From the NCBI RefSeq assembly GCF_006345805.1, contig NC_042999.1:172360001-172424000 (forward strand): DNA of 64,000 bases, written 5' to 3'. A program made the position numbers and the translations under genes. Positions 1-11,387 of this stretch are shown piece by piece. The stretch is from Octopus sinensis. Lineage: Eukaryota. The notes under the pieces are model-generated. The model searched no databases, was not told the DNA's origin, and was given only the letters and a program-made list of their open reading frames with translations. The first letter of the stretch is position 1. Each line of letters begins with the position of its first letter.

Positions 1-2150
1 TTCTAGTATATTACATATAATTGTAAAATGCGAAGTCCAGTCGAGGGTAGTTATGGATGAATTTAATTTAAAAAAACACACAAAAAACGAAGCTTTACAC
101 TACTGAGTAGAAATATACAATTGTATAAGAATTGAAATGTAAATAAAATAGTACAGCCTTCTCATTTACCTGGAATTAACAGTTTTCTTTTAGTGCTTGA
201 TGTCTACATAGCTACAAAGTGACACATTGCAGTTAACCACCCATGTATTTCGTTGGTTATACCGGCTTGCAATAAGAACTGTCAATACCCTCCTGATGAT
301 AAGATAGAGCTTTTCCTTCTAGTGTTTGTTTGTAATGTTTGGCTGTGATCAACTGATATGAAAAGAGAAAGCAAGGAACCACGAAATATTTCTTAAAAAA
401 ACACGATTCATGATAACGCAGATGTCTTGTGGTATGTTCAAGGGTGGGCAGGATATCGTCGTTTGGCTTTCATTCTTATGCGTGCCTATCAACATATTTC
501 ATTGAATTGAAATTATACTCTCATAAACTCAAATGTATATCAGCGGTAGAAACTCTACGATTGGAAAACTTTGCAAACAGTATCCTACGCATGATTCTGT
601 ATTTCTGTTCTCGAATATCTTGGGGGGGGAGGTCTTGTCTTCACAAAACTTGTATATACATCGCTATTGATCAGTATTTGATAGAAGTGCAAATCATAGT
701 AATAAATAATATTTAACCACACCACATGTTAATACTATTATTCCTTCTAAAATTATCCAGAATTTGTGAAAGCCTTGAAATTTATTTTTTACATTTGTTT
801 AAGCAAATATCACCACCAAACTTGCAAACGAGCGGAAATAGAGCATAAAATGTGATTAATGTATGGTGTTTGTACAACTATTTCAGCTCAACTTGTGTCA
901 CCAATATATGTAGAAGCTACTTAAACAACCCAGCGGTTATTTTCCTTCTCCTAAATTCGACTCTAGTGTTCATACCATACAAATGAATATTTCTGACTCC
1001 ACAAACTTTATGAAACAGTATATATCGCACTAATTATTACAATGAAACGCTTGGTGTTCCATCTTGAAGTAGCTTGATGGGAGAAAGTAAAACTTGAATA
1101 AATATAGGCATCTGATTATTGTAGTTTCAAATACTTGTCACAATGTTATAATTAATAATTTCGAAGAATTAATCTAAAATTCATAGAAAAGACGCTGTAT
1201 TCACTAAATTACAATTAATGAAATACGACATTCTAAAACTTCGAATTTAGAAACTAATCATACTAATCTTTATACCAAAACTCAAATTGTTTCTATATAA
1301 TGCAATTAGTGTAATACCAAGATTGAATAGGCAATATGAAGCTTATAAACTAAACCAATATGAATATGCATTTTAGTATTTGCTCTGTCTAAGGAAAAAT
1401 TAAAACGAGACGCTCAAAACTAACAAATTATATAAATTAAACGTACGATAAAGAATGTCATAATCATTAAGCATTTAATTTAAAATGCATCGTGTATGTC
1501 AGATGTAGTTAACGATTCTTCTTACTGTGTTTAACTATAAAATCAGAAAAAGCCGAATCATATGAATTCATGGATAAGTGTCAGGCTCAGAAGTAGCAAC
1601 ACGAAAATCGAATTTATTAATCCTATAATGACATTTCAATTCTGCATAAACTACAACCACATCATTCTCATAAAATGTTGTATATTTTTTAAACTTATGT
1701 TTTAGCGTTTTAACTATGTCGGGATCAGAAACAAATTAATCGAGTATTCTGAAAAAAAACAACAAAAAAAACAGAAAAGAAAACGTTTAAGATATAAAAA
1801 GTGTGCATAAAGTAACATAATTCTGTTACAAATTACTTGAAGTGCAAAGTTACTTAATTATCGTTTTTATCATTTGCTTCTTTCAGTCATTTAACTGCGG
1901 CTATGCTGGGGAAGCCACTTTGAAGGATTTTGGTAGAGCAGATCCATCGCAACAGCTCTTTTTCTGTTCAAATCCTGGTACTTATTACATCGGTCTCTTT
2001 TTGCGAAGTTTTAAATCTCGGGAATTTAAACAAATCAAAAACCACCGGTCGTAATAGGTGTGTGTGTTGTAGTATGCTACATTATATTATTTTATGTTAT
2101 ATTATGTTATGTTATATGTTATGTTATATGTTATATTATATAATATGCTT

Positions 2151-2280
2151 GTGTCTGAGTGATAAGAAGCTTGCTGGGTACTCAGTCCACTGCATGACAT
2201 CTTCAGCAAGTGTCTTCTTCTATAGACTAGGGTCGACCAGTGCCCTGTGAGTGAATTTGAAATTCGGAAACTGAAGTATG

Positions 2281-2366
<86 letters not shown>

Positions 2367-2610
2367 CATACATATATGTGTGTGCTTATATTTGTGTTTA
2401 TATTTGTCTTCCATCACCACTTGACAACAGGTGCTGGTGTGTTTACTTTACGTAACCAAGCGGTTCGGTAGAGTAGGGCAATAGAATAAGTACCAGGTTG
2501 AAACAGTGAGTACTGGGGGTTAGTCATTCGACTAAAATTTCTGCAAAGCGGTGCCTCAGCATTGTCTCAAACTAATGAATGAAGCATGTAAAGGATGAAA
2601 ATGTAAAATA
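2151..2610 (+). mobile_element. tRNA-derived SINE, family A (CORE-like central domain, internal microsatellite), degenerate
   Basis: GCAAGTGTCTTCTTCTATAG CORE-like block, internal (CA)n(TA)n, and a GGTGTGTTTAC...GCGGTTCGG...TAGAATAAGTACC...CGACTAAA 3' half shared with copies at 18.6, 29.5 and 44.7 kb. Confidence 0.8.
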
Positions 2611-2644
2611 CGTACGTATATATAAGTCATTATTTGGTCATTGA

Positions 2645-2870
2645 AAGGCGGCGAGCTGGCAGAAACGTTAGCATGCCGGGCGAAATGCTTAACGGTATTT
2701 TGTTTGTCTTTACGTTTTGAGTTCAAATTCCACCGAGATTCACTTTGCTTTTCATCCTTTCGGGCTCCATAATTTAAGTACTAATTGTGTACTGGGGTCG
2801 ATCTAATCGACTGGCCCCTCGCCCCAAATTTCGGGCCTTGTGTCTAGAGTAGAAAAGATTATTTGGACAT
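2645..2870 (+). mobile_element. tRNA-derived SINE, family B (GGCGGCGAGCTGGCAGAA head; CTTTCATCCTTTCGGGGTCGAT central block)
   Basis: A-box/B-box-like head (GGCAGAAACGTTAGC ... GAGTTCAAATTCC); body shared with copies at 19.1, 38.0-38.5, 60.6 and 61.5 kb. Confidence 0.85.
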
Positions 2871-3001
2871 TAGGTATACGGTTAGGAGTACGTCAATTAA
2901 GACACTTTTAACGTTTAGGCAACCTGACGACATCCAGTGTTCTTTTTATTTAAGTGTGACTGGCTCAACCACAGGAATTTCACAGCGTGTGCCGAACTTA
3001 A

Positions 3002-3283
3002 AATGAATGAAGGAAACGAGAAATGGAGTTCACGAAACCCTATATTCATCATAATGATCGTTTTGACCCACTTTGCATCAGTCCCTTGTGGGCGGGATAC
3101 TATGCAAGAGGTTGTGTTGCATCCACTGGTGCAAATAAATCAACTAGACACAGGAACATATGCTTCAGCACAACAGAGCCACTTTGCCGTATCCCACCCG
3201 CAAGCGATCGATGCAAGATGGTTCGAAATAATCGTTGTAATGAATAAAGATTCTTGTGAACTCCATTTTCCGTTTCCCTCATT

Positions 3284-3287
<4 letters not shown>
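3002..3287. mobile_element. Fold-back/MITE-like element with ~100-bp diverged terminal inverted repeats
   Basis: 3002-3100 aligns to the reverse complement of ~3190-3287. The 79-nt core (from 3022) is gap-free with 19 mismatches, 15 of them transitions. Abuts (TA)n on the right. Confidence 0.8.
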
Positions 3288-3328
<41 letters not shown>

Positions 3329-3347
3329 TAGATAGATAGATAGAAAT

Positions 3348-3388
<41 letters not shown>

Positions 3389-3389
3389 C

Positions 3390-3426
<37 letters not shown>

Positions 3427-3428
3427 TA
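3288..3428. repeat. (TA)n followed by (GATA)n microsatellite
   Basis: Directly visible. Confidence 0.98.
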
Positions 3429-3776
3429 TGGCAGGCCTCTTTAAACAGAACAAATCTGTCTTTGGTCGAAACGGGGCTACAGTGGAAAAATGTTCACCCA
3501 ATACACTCGAAACTTATTCAATTGTCATTGTTTCATATTCAGTCAAGCGAAGATAGAGAGATATTATCAAATATTAGAAATAGTTTATTACCTGAAAGTA
3601 TACAAGAAATGAAATAGAATTATGAAAATAATTACAACAGTATGTATACATATAGTATATAACGTTACAAGAAGAATATTCGTAACAAGTTTAATTTATG
3701 CATGTCAATGACCCTAAATTACCTATATAGGTTTCGCAATGTTGACAGATATACCTTGTATTCATGTACAAATGTA

Positions 3777-3878
3777 TCTATTAAATATTGATAGTTTTAA
3801 CCGATTAAAATATCTATTAAATATTAATAGTTTTACCCGATTAATATGTCTATTAAATATTAATAGATTTACCCGATT
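3777..3878. repeat. 36-bp minisatellite, about 3 copies
   Basis: TCTATTAAATATT(G/A)ATAG(T/A)TTTA(A/C)CCGATT units start at 3777, 3813 and 3849. Confidence 0.9.
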
Positions 3879-4763
3879 TTTCAAAATACTGCTTTAAATC
3901 AATAGCAAAAAATTGCTCCTGCGTTCTCCATGTATAACAGTTGAACGTTTTTTTGTGATTTTTCTGGGGTTTTTTTGGTTTTTTTTTACTTTGCGTTCTG
4001 AAGTTTATTCACTGAAAAGAAACATATCTGTTTATTTCGATATTCTAAGGTATGCAACGAGTTTTATGGATTTGCTCGGGCAGCACAGACAAGCATTTAC
4101 GAAATGTGTTCACTGTAAGCATTTAGTAAGAGAATTTTGTGCCCTTTCAGAGATTAAATATAATATTATAGATATGAGTCATTATAGTATAAAACGTTAA
4201 CACTCCAGGTACTTCTAAGGTTATAAGCAATTAATTGAATTGAAATCCAATATGAACTACGTGTACATTTGTTATAGTTCCAATTGAGTTTGAACGATAA
4301 TACCCACCACGTGTTTGTTTCGCATATATCTGAAAAGAAATAAATGAATAAAGATATTCGTTGTTGTCTCTTGCGTAGAAAAATGTCCTCAAACATTATG
4401 ATTAAAATCTAATGCGTTAAAACAAGGAAAATGAAATATATATGTGAAAGTGTGTGTACCTGTATTTGTGCGTGTGCATGCTTATGTATGTCTTATAGTG
4501 TGTGGATGGTATGCACATATATATGTATATATTACATAAAAATATGCAATATACATATGTGTGTAGTGGGGTGAATGAGAGCGTGTGCGTCGTCTAGCGA
4601 GTGGATTAGGTAATGACCGCTGATTCGGATAGTGTAGGACGGCACCGTTGTCTTCTAAGAAGTTTTTATCTCCACGGTCTCACTTTCCTCAATATATAGT
4701 CAAATGAAGGCGACTGAACTTCCCTGTTGAATCTAAAACATTTACCCCGCTGGCCAATGGCCA

Positions 4764-4864
4764 CCCCTAGGAAAATAACCCCTACATCCGCCCCCAGAGG
4801 ACGACAAACTTCTTAATGTATTAGGGAGTGGGGAATTAACCAAAAGTGCTAATTGTCCTAGGGG
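4764..4864. repeat. ~100-bp segment bounded by imperfect inverted repeats (possible MITE remnant)
   Basis: CCCCTAGGAAAATAA at 4764 versus TAATTGTCCTAGGGG ending at 4864. Confidence 0.4.
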
Positions 4865-4867
4865 GTA

Positions 4868-4899
<32 letters not shown>

Positions 4900-4951
4900 C
4901 ATCATCATCATCATCATCATTATTATTATTATCATTATTATTATTATTATT
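4868..4951. repeat. (TTA)n/(TCA)n microsatellite at the 3' end of a Dong-like LINE
   Basis: Directly visible. Confidence 0.97.
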
Positions 4952-5786
4952 AAGTAGTTTTATTTTTATAGCGTGCTTTCACTTCACTACCGAGCGCAGC
5001 TCTGTGTGCCTTAGGTATGTGCTGTGATTTATTGTGATGCTCTGATGGTTATTGTATGGAAAGCGTTCTGCGTAGGATATGTGCAGTGCCTAGTAGTGCA
5101 ATTTTCTGTATGTTATATGTGTTTGTAAGTCCTGGTGTTTTTGTTATGTATTTGTCTGAATATTTTTTTATCATGCCTAATACACATACTATGATAGGAA
5201 TTGTTTCTGTTTTTAGATTCTACATTCTGGTTACCTCTATTTCCAGGTCTTCATATTTTGAAAGTTTCTCCATTTCTTTTTGAGAAGCGTTGTCATCTAC
5301 CGGTATTGATACATCAATTAGAAAGCATTTTTTTCTTCCAGGTCTCTGACAACTATATCTGGTCTGTTGGCCTTAATTTCTCTATCTGTGTGTATCGGCA
5401 TATCCCAGAGTATGGTTGCTTTCTCGTTTTCTGTGACCTTTTCTGGTGTGTGCCTATACCGTCTTTTTTCTGTTGTTATTCCATAACGTTGGCATAGCTT
5501 CCAGTGTATGTAGGTTCCAACTCTGTCATGTCTGTGAATATATTCCTTCTTAGCCAGGACTGGGCAGCCGGAGATAATATGATTTATTGTTTCTTGTCCA
5601 TCACCACATATTCTGCAGTGACTTGTTATATTTCTTTTCATTACATGTTTTTGGTAATTTCTGGTGGGGAGGCTTTGGTCTTGTGCTGCAATTAAAAATC
5701 CCTTTGTCTCTGCTTTGAGTCTTGAGCTTCTCAATCATTGCTGGGATTTTTCTTTGTCTATTTCTTTTGCGTTTAGTTTAGTCCAG
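4952..5786 (-). mobile_element. R4/Dong-like non-LTR retrotransposon, 3' fragment (copy 1)
   Basis: ORF 5318-5734 has the CCHC knuckle CRICGDGQETINHIISGC, RHD and RPDIVV of the restriction-like endonuclease. After a frameshift the C-terminus reads LLGTAHILRRTLSIQ* near 5051. (TAA)n on both sides. Confidence 0.93.
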
Positions 5787-5807
5787 TATTATTATTATTA
5801 TTATTAT

Positions 5808-8515
5808 TCTATGTTTGACTTTTGCTTTATGTCTGTACAAGTTCGCTCCAAGTCTCACCCAGAGACCTTTAGAGACAACAGGTTAGAAGTTCTGTGCCAT
5901 ATATTTGGTTTTTTTTTTTGGTGTTGTACTAGTGAATGTCTAATACATAAAAATAAAAAAAAAATTAAATTAAAAAAATAAAAAAAGTTTGTTTTAAACC
6001 TTGGTATTACATAGAGAGTATTTTGCGTAGGATATGAGCAGTTCCCATGAGCACTATCTTTTGAATTTCTGCCATTTTGGGGTTTCCTGGTATCTGAGTT
6101 AGGTAGCAATCAGTCCCTTTCGCTATCATTCCCAGGGCACCTATGACAACAGGTATTGTCTTAGTCTTCAGCTTCCACATTTTGCTGATTTCTGTTTCAA
6201 GATCTTTATATTTGCTCAGTTTTACGTAGGTCTTGACAGATACGTTTATATCGATTGGGACAGTCATATCAATGAGGAGGCATGTTCTTTGTCTGAAGTC
6301 TTTCAATATAATGTCTGGCCTATTTGCATCTATCTTCCTGTCAGTTTGAATGGTGAAGTTCCAGAGGAGTGAGATGTGGTCATTTTCAAGCACAGGAGGT
6401 GGATTGTGTTCCCACCAGTTTTTTTCATGGGGCAAATCCAGGTTTTTGCAAATTACCCAGTGAATATATTGTGCAGCTCTATCATGCCTACTGAGGTACT
6501 CGGTAGGCGCAAGAAGACTGCATTTGGAGACAACATGGTCAATGGTTTCATTTTGTTGTCGGCATACACGACATGTTGGGCTACTGCCGTTCTTTAATAT
6601 GTTGGCCTGGTAGTTTCTTGTTGGTAGGCATTGATCTTGAGCTGCTATGATAAACCCCTCTGTTTCAGATTTTAACCCAGAGGCCATTAGCCATTGATGG
6701 GTAAGGGCTTTGTCGATATCTGCATTATTCGCTCTCTTTGGGTATTTGCCATAGAGAGGTTTTTCTTGCCATTTATTATTCAGAATATCTAAGGCCGCAG
6801 TTTTGGCACAGGTTTTCATGCGCCTAGCTTTTTCTGTGCTTGTTTCTTGTATATCTATCTCTAATTCCGAAATTGGTAGTATTCGGAATTCACTTAGATA
6901 TTCCTTTGCCTGTTTTGTGACTGAGTATGATGCTTTCTTGTTTTCATGTTTTGAGACAAGTTTTAACATCCAGTCCTCAGAGTTTTTCAGGTAGGTGTCT
7001 AGGCCAATTGTAGCAATCTTCATTGTTATTGCCAGTTGCAAAAGACCACGGCCTCCCTCTTTTCTTGGCAGATAGAGTCGTTCTGTATCTGCCTTAGGGT
7101 GGTGCATTCTATGCATTGTCAACAGTTTCCTTATTTCTCTGTCGAGCTGACATATTTCAGTAATTGACCAGTTAACAATATTGAAACAGTAAGTCACGAC
7201 TGGTATGGCTAATGCATTGATCGCTTCGATCCTGTTTCTTGCATTCAGCTCTGTCTTGAGTATTGCTCTCACTCTTCGATAGCATTCTCTCCTGATACTT
7301 TCCTTCATCTCTGAATGCCTTATTCCGTTCCCTTCAATTACCCCTAGGTACTTGTAGCTCTCCGCTGGGTCTAGTTTTTTTATGACATTCTGTTGGTCAA
7401 AGTTAACGTTAGATGTTTCTGTCATTTTTCCTTTGATAAAGGTAGCCTTTACACATTTATCGAGGCCGAATTGCATTCTGATGTCGTCACTGAATTGTTT
7501 GACTATCGCTAGTAAGTCCTTGAGTTGTTGATAATTTTTTGCAAAAAGCTTTAAATCATCTATGTAAACGAGATGATTTATATTTTTATCAAACATTTTT
7601 TACCCGTATTGCGCGTCATTGAGCAGCTTTGAGAGAGGTATTAAGGATAAACAAAAGAGGAGTGGTGACAGTGAGTCACCCTGGAAAATGCCACACGAAA
7701 TTATTACATCACCAGCACTCAGGGATTCATTGTCACTGTTCAGAGTTAGTGTGGTTCTCCATGATCTCATACTTACAGTCAAGAAGTTTCGCAGAGTAGG
7801 TGCTATCTTATACATTTCCAGGCATTTCCTAATCCAGCTATGTGGTAGGCTATCAAAAGCCTTTTTATAGTCTATCCAGGCTATTGATAAGTTTTTGTGT
7901 CGTTTGTGACAATCTTCTAATATCATCTTATTGATGAGTAGTTGGTCTTTACAGCCGTAGGATCCACGTTTACATCCTTTCTGTTCATTAGGGAATATGC
8001 TGCTGTCTGTTAAAAAACTATAGGTATATTCCGTCAGGACAGATGTTAGTGTTTTGTACATAGTTGTTTAGCAGGTTATGGGTCTATAGTTTTTTGGTTC
8101 ATTTGTTTCTTCACTTTTTGGAAGCAGGAATGTTAACCCATTAACTAGTCAAGGAGGCATCCTACTAGGGTGTTGCAAAACATCATTGTACAGTTCTGTT
8201 AGCAGTTCATGGCTCTCTGGGAAGGCATTCAGCCAGAAGTTAGGAATTTTATCCTTTCCTGGAGACTTCCATTTGCTTGACCTCCTGAGAGCAGATCTTA
8301 TATCTTCTACCTTGACACCCTCCCACTTTTGCTCTTCTAAGGGGTCCAGTTCTGTAGATATTCTGTCAATCCAGGGGGCCTTTTCGTTGTGTGTTTTTTC
8401 TTCTGCCCAGATTTTATTCCAAAATCCCTGCACTTCTTCTTTTGATGGTACAGTCCTTGCAGTAAACGCTGTTTTTCCTATCTTCCTGTAAAAATTGTTG
8501 GTGTTATTTTTGAAC

Positions 8516-8517
<2 letters not shown>
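5808..8517 (-). mobile_element. R4/Dong-like non-LTR retrotransposon, 5'-truncated (copy 2)
   Basis: RT motifs (IDYKKAFDS, GIFQGDSLSPLLF, YIDDLKLF), RLYLPRKEGGRGL, CCHC knuckle and RPD..ID..K..KY endonuclease; ~200-nt 3' UTR; (TAA)n at both ends. Confidence 0.97.
6007..8517 (-). pseudogene. Disrupted RT-endonuclease ORF of Dong-like copy 2 (837 codons, 3 premature stops, no frameshift)
   Basis: Listed ORFs 8149-8517, 7600-8061 and 6007-7596 share one frame. In-frame stops at 8149-8151 (TGA), 8068-8070 (TAA) and 7600-7602 (TAA). The intervening NYRPITC*TTMYK is the normal RT motif. Confidence 0.93.
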
Positions 8518-8582
<65 letters not shown>

Positions 8583-8608
8583 GTTGTTGTTGTTGTTTTT
8601 GTTGTTAT
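8518..8608. repeat. (TTA)n(TTG)n microsatellite
   Basis: Directly visible. Confidence 0.98.
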
Positions 8609-8609
8609 T

Positions 8610-9880
8610 TTATAGTAGACTTTAATAAATCTAATCTTTATACCGTTATTAATTCATACTCAGCTTATTATATAAGGTAATACCGGTATCTCCACAACTT
8701 GAAATATTTAAATTTAATTAAATTAGTATATACTTAACATGTTCTTTAACCTCAGAACCCCCTTATTAAATACCAGTTAAATTAAATTGCTGAATCTCCA
8801 TAGAAAGCATCTAATAAGTTAATAATTAAATATCTAATAAGTAAAAAATATTAAATTATTTCTTTGTAATTTTCTTTTCCTCCCTGTATTGTGGTAAAAT
8901 TTGGTATATACTCAAAATAGTCAAAGAAAGTTTATCCTTTTGTTATGATATCATTCTTAAGAACCTTCTTGATTACCCTAAATTTTAATTTTATACAATA
9001 AAACAATATTGTTTGAAATTATCTTTATAAATTACTTGATTTAACCTTTTCTTAAATGGCCCTACCCTCCTGATCTTAGTATTTATAAGGGCCATAATAT
9101 AAATAGCCCTTCTAAAGAAGTACCACTAAGAAACAATAAATACCATGTAGGTGTTAACAATAATAACTTCTTAAATTTATAATATAACAGTTTATATTTT
9201 GATTAGTGTAAAATATGAATGTCCTATAGCTTAAATATTCCTTTAGCTGATACCAGATATCAGTCTTTTATTGATATTAGATAAATAGGTAAATATATAA
9301 TTTTTAGTCTAATATATTTTGAATTATTATACATTTTCTATAAAACTTCTCTATTGGTGTTGATAAGCTACATATACTTTATCGTGGTTTTAATGATTCA
9401 ACTATCTTATTTCTTTTTCTAGTGTATTTTGCCATATTGATTATTTTATTTCTTTATTATCTTATAGTTAGCTTTTATTAATTTATAAACTTAATCTCAT
9501 TTTTGTACCTCTATTAAGTCATATTTAGCTTATATACTATACTGCTATAGTCGCTACCTATAAAAACTGCTTAGATTATAATTATATTAATATACAATTA
9601 GCATGTTCTTTTACCTCAATACTCTGTTATTAATACCAGTATATACCAAATTAGTCAATATTTACAGATATCGTCTGATGAGTTAGTATTTAAGTGTATA
9701 ATATATATAAATATTAAACTATTTCTGGATAATTTCTTTTCCTCCCCCTATTGTGGAAAAATTTTGGTTTATACTCAAAAGTATTTAAGAATTTCTATTC
9801 TTTTGTTAAAACATTCTTCTTAATCATCCTCTGAATAACTCTAAACTTTAAATGTATACAATATAGCAACATTTAAAAAA
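8610..9880 (-). pseudogene. Decayed coding relic with two diverged copies of one domain; TpA-enriched; origin unknown
   Basis: ~8610-9010 aligns with ~9490-9870 (offset ~865). Minus-strand translations: CIKLKFRVI/CIHLKFRVI, FEYIPNF/FEYKPKF, GGKE, EVKEH, KLSMN**RYK/KLNMT**RYK, with synonymous third-position differences. Confidence 0.7.
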
Positions 9881-9899
9881 ATATTTCAACTATAGTACT

Positions 9900-10140
9900 A
9901 CATGATAAGAATTACTCTGTTTCATTATCAATGGTGTGCTAGTGGGCAATCTCCTTAATTCTCAGCTAACATCTTGTTTCAAGTTTTCATTTAACATACC
10001 TCGTGATATTGCTTCTAATAAATCTTGATTTTTATGACGATACCAACTATGATATCGGTCTGCTCCCTCAGCCCTATCCCTAACATTCATTGCATATTTG
10101 TTCTCTCAGCCTTATGTATAAAAGGATTTGATAAACTAGT
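9900..10140 (-). mobile_element. Possible very decayed RTE-like LINE 3' fragment
   Basis: Stop-riddled translation KAERTNMQ*MLGIGLREQ resembles the RTE C-terminal 'ERRMLRWMxGVSLxD' pattern. Weak. Confidence 0.35.
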
Positions 10141-10546
10141 CTATAAATTGAAACTGATCCCATAAAAACAAAAAACAGTGACAGGTAGATTCTGTAACAA
10201 TGTATATCTTCTTGATACCTTAGTAGCTTCTATGCTGGTGAGAAGGGAGCATGTTCTTTGTCCATCTTAACTTCTTGGAGATTTTAAGTATAATTATACT
10301 AATGTGTCCATCTGTTTTAATTTAATCAAATTGTATGTCTTTGCGCAGCTGAGGATTGCTCTGCATTTAAATTCATGCAATGATTGCATTGTTAAATTAA
10401 ATGGAGTTGCACGAAACGATCGCACTGCATTACCTCTAGATATCCTTGTAACTTACTTATTTTGAATTTAATCACCTTACTTTGAAATTGTATGTATAAT
10501 AACGTACTAAATTCTGGTGCCTCAACTTAAGCATCATATTCATCTG

Positions 10547-10722
<176 letters not shown>

Positions 10723-11387
10723 GGATTATGCAACCAACTTTTCAACTATGAAATACATTTGATCATCAAAAATGATAGTTCCTTGAACTTTCTGCACCCT
10801 CTTCTTATTCAAGCAACTGTACATATAGAACAGCCATTGCTAGCAGTGTCATTTAAGTAATAGAAAATATTTACTAATTCAAGTAAAGCACGTCTGTAAT
10901 TGAGAAAGTATATTTCCCGTGCGTACTTCATGTCTATTGCTCTTAGGCATCTGCCATATACAAAAGTCTACAATTTCCATGAATCTTCTTATCAACCATT
11001 GCATCACTTGGGAGTTGTGTGGCTTGCACTGATTACTCTGTGTGAATCTATTTCCCTACGGCTTTCCTACACACATTTGCACACACACACATACACAGAC
11101 ACTCATTCACATTCAGTTACGCACAAACATATATATATATCCATTTACATACAGACAGACGCACTTTCCTTTGCGACTGTCGGTATTGCCGCTACTACAC
11201 TGAACAATCAGCAGACATAAAAACTATATCCATGATATAAATTAAGCCTGTAGGCGCGCTCAACAGTACCGTATGAGAGAAATCGACATCAAAGAAATGA
11301 CATGGTAAGTGGTGAGATCGGCAAGGAAGCATTTGAAAACAACACAGTTATGCGATATTTCAGTTTGGGAATAATAGTCGTGTCTCA

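Noticed and set aside
170-352. Minus-strand exon-like segment with good acceptor and donor
   Set aside because: Stops in all three frames, so not coding; a UTR or lncRNA exon cannot be excluded.
5056-8680. Plus-strand ORFs over the Dong-like elements
   Set aside because: Antisense frames of LINE coding sequence; the same applies to the plus-strand ORFs at 50549-52758.
8760-9531. Ciliate-type genetic code (TAR = Gln) explanation
   Set aside because: Not favoured because CA/TG-to-TA differences also hit non-Gln codons (CAT/TAT, TGT/TAT) and there are frameshifts; not fully excluded.
9670-9700. CTGATGA as a hammerhead core
   Set aside because: No stem II or GAAA downstream; the same applies to matches near 293, 33323, 34224 and 53413.
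8610-9880. Mitochondrial insertion (NUMT) explanation
   Set aside because: No recognisable mitochondrial gene, tRNA or rRNA; the stops are TAA/TAG, which the mitochondrial code does not rescue.
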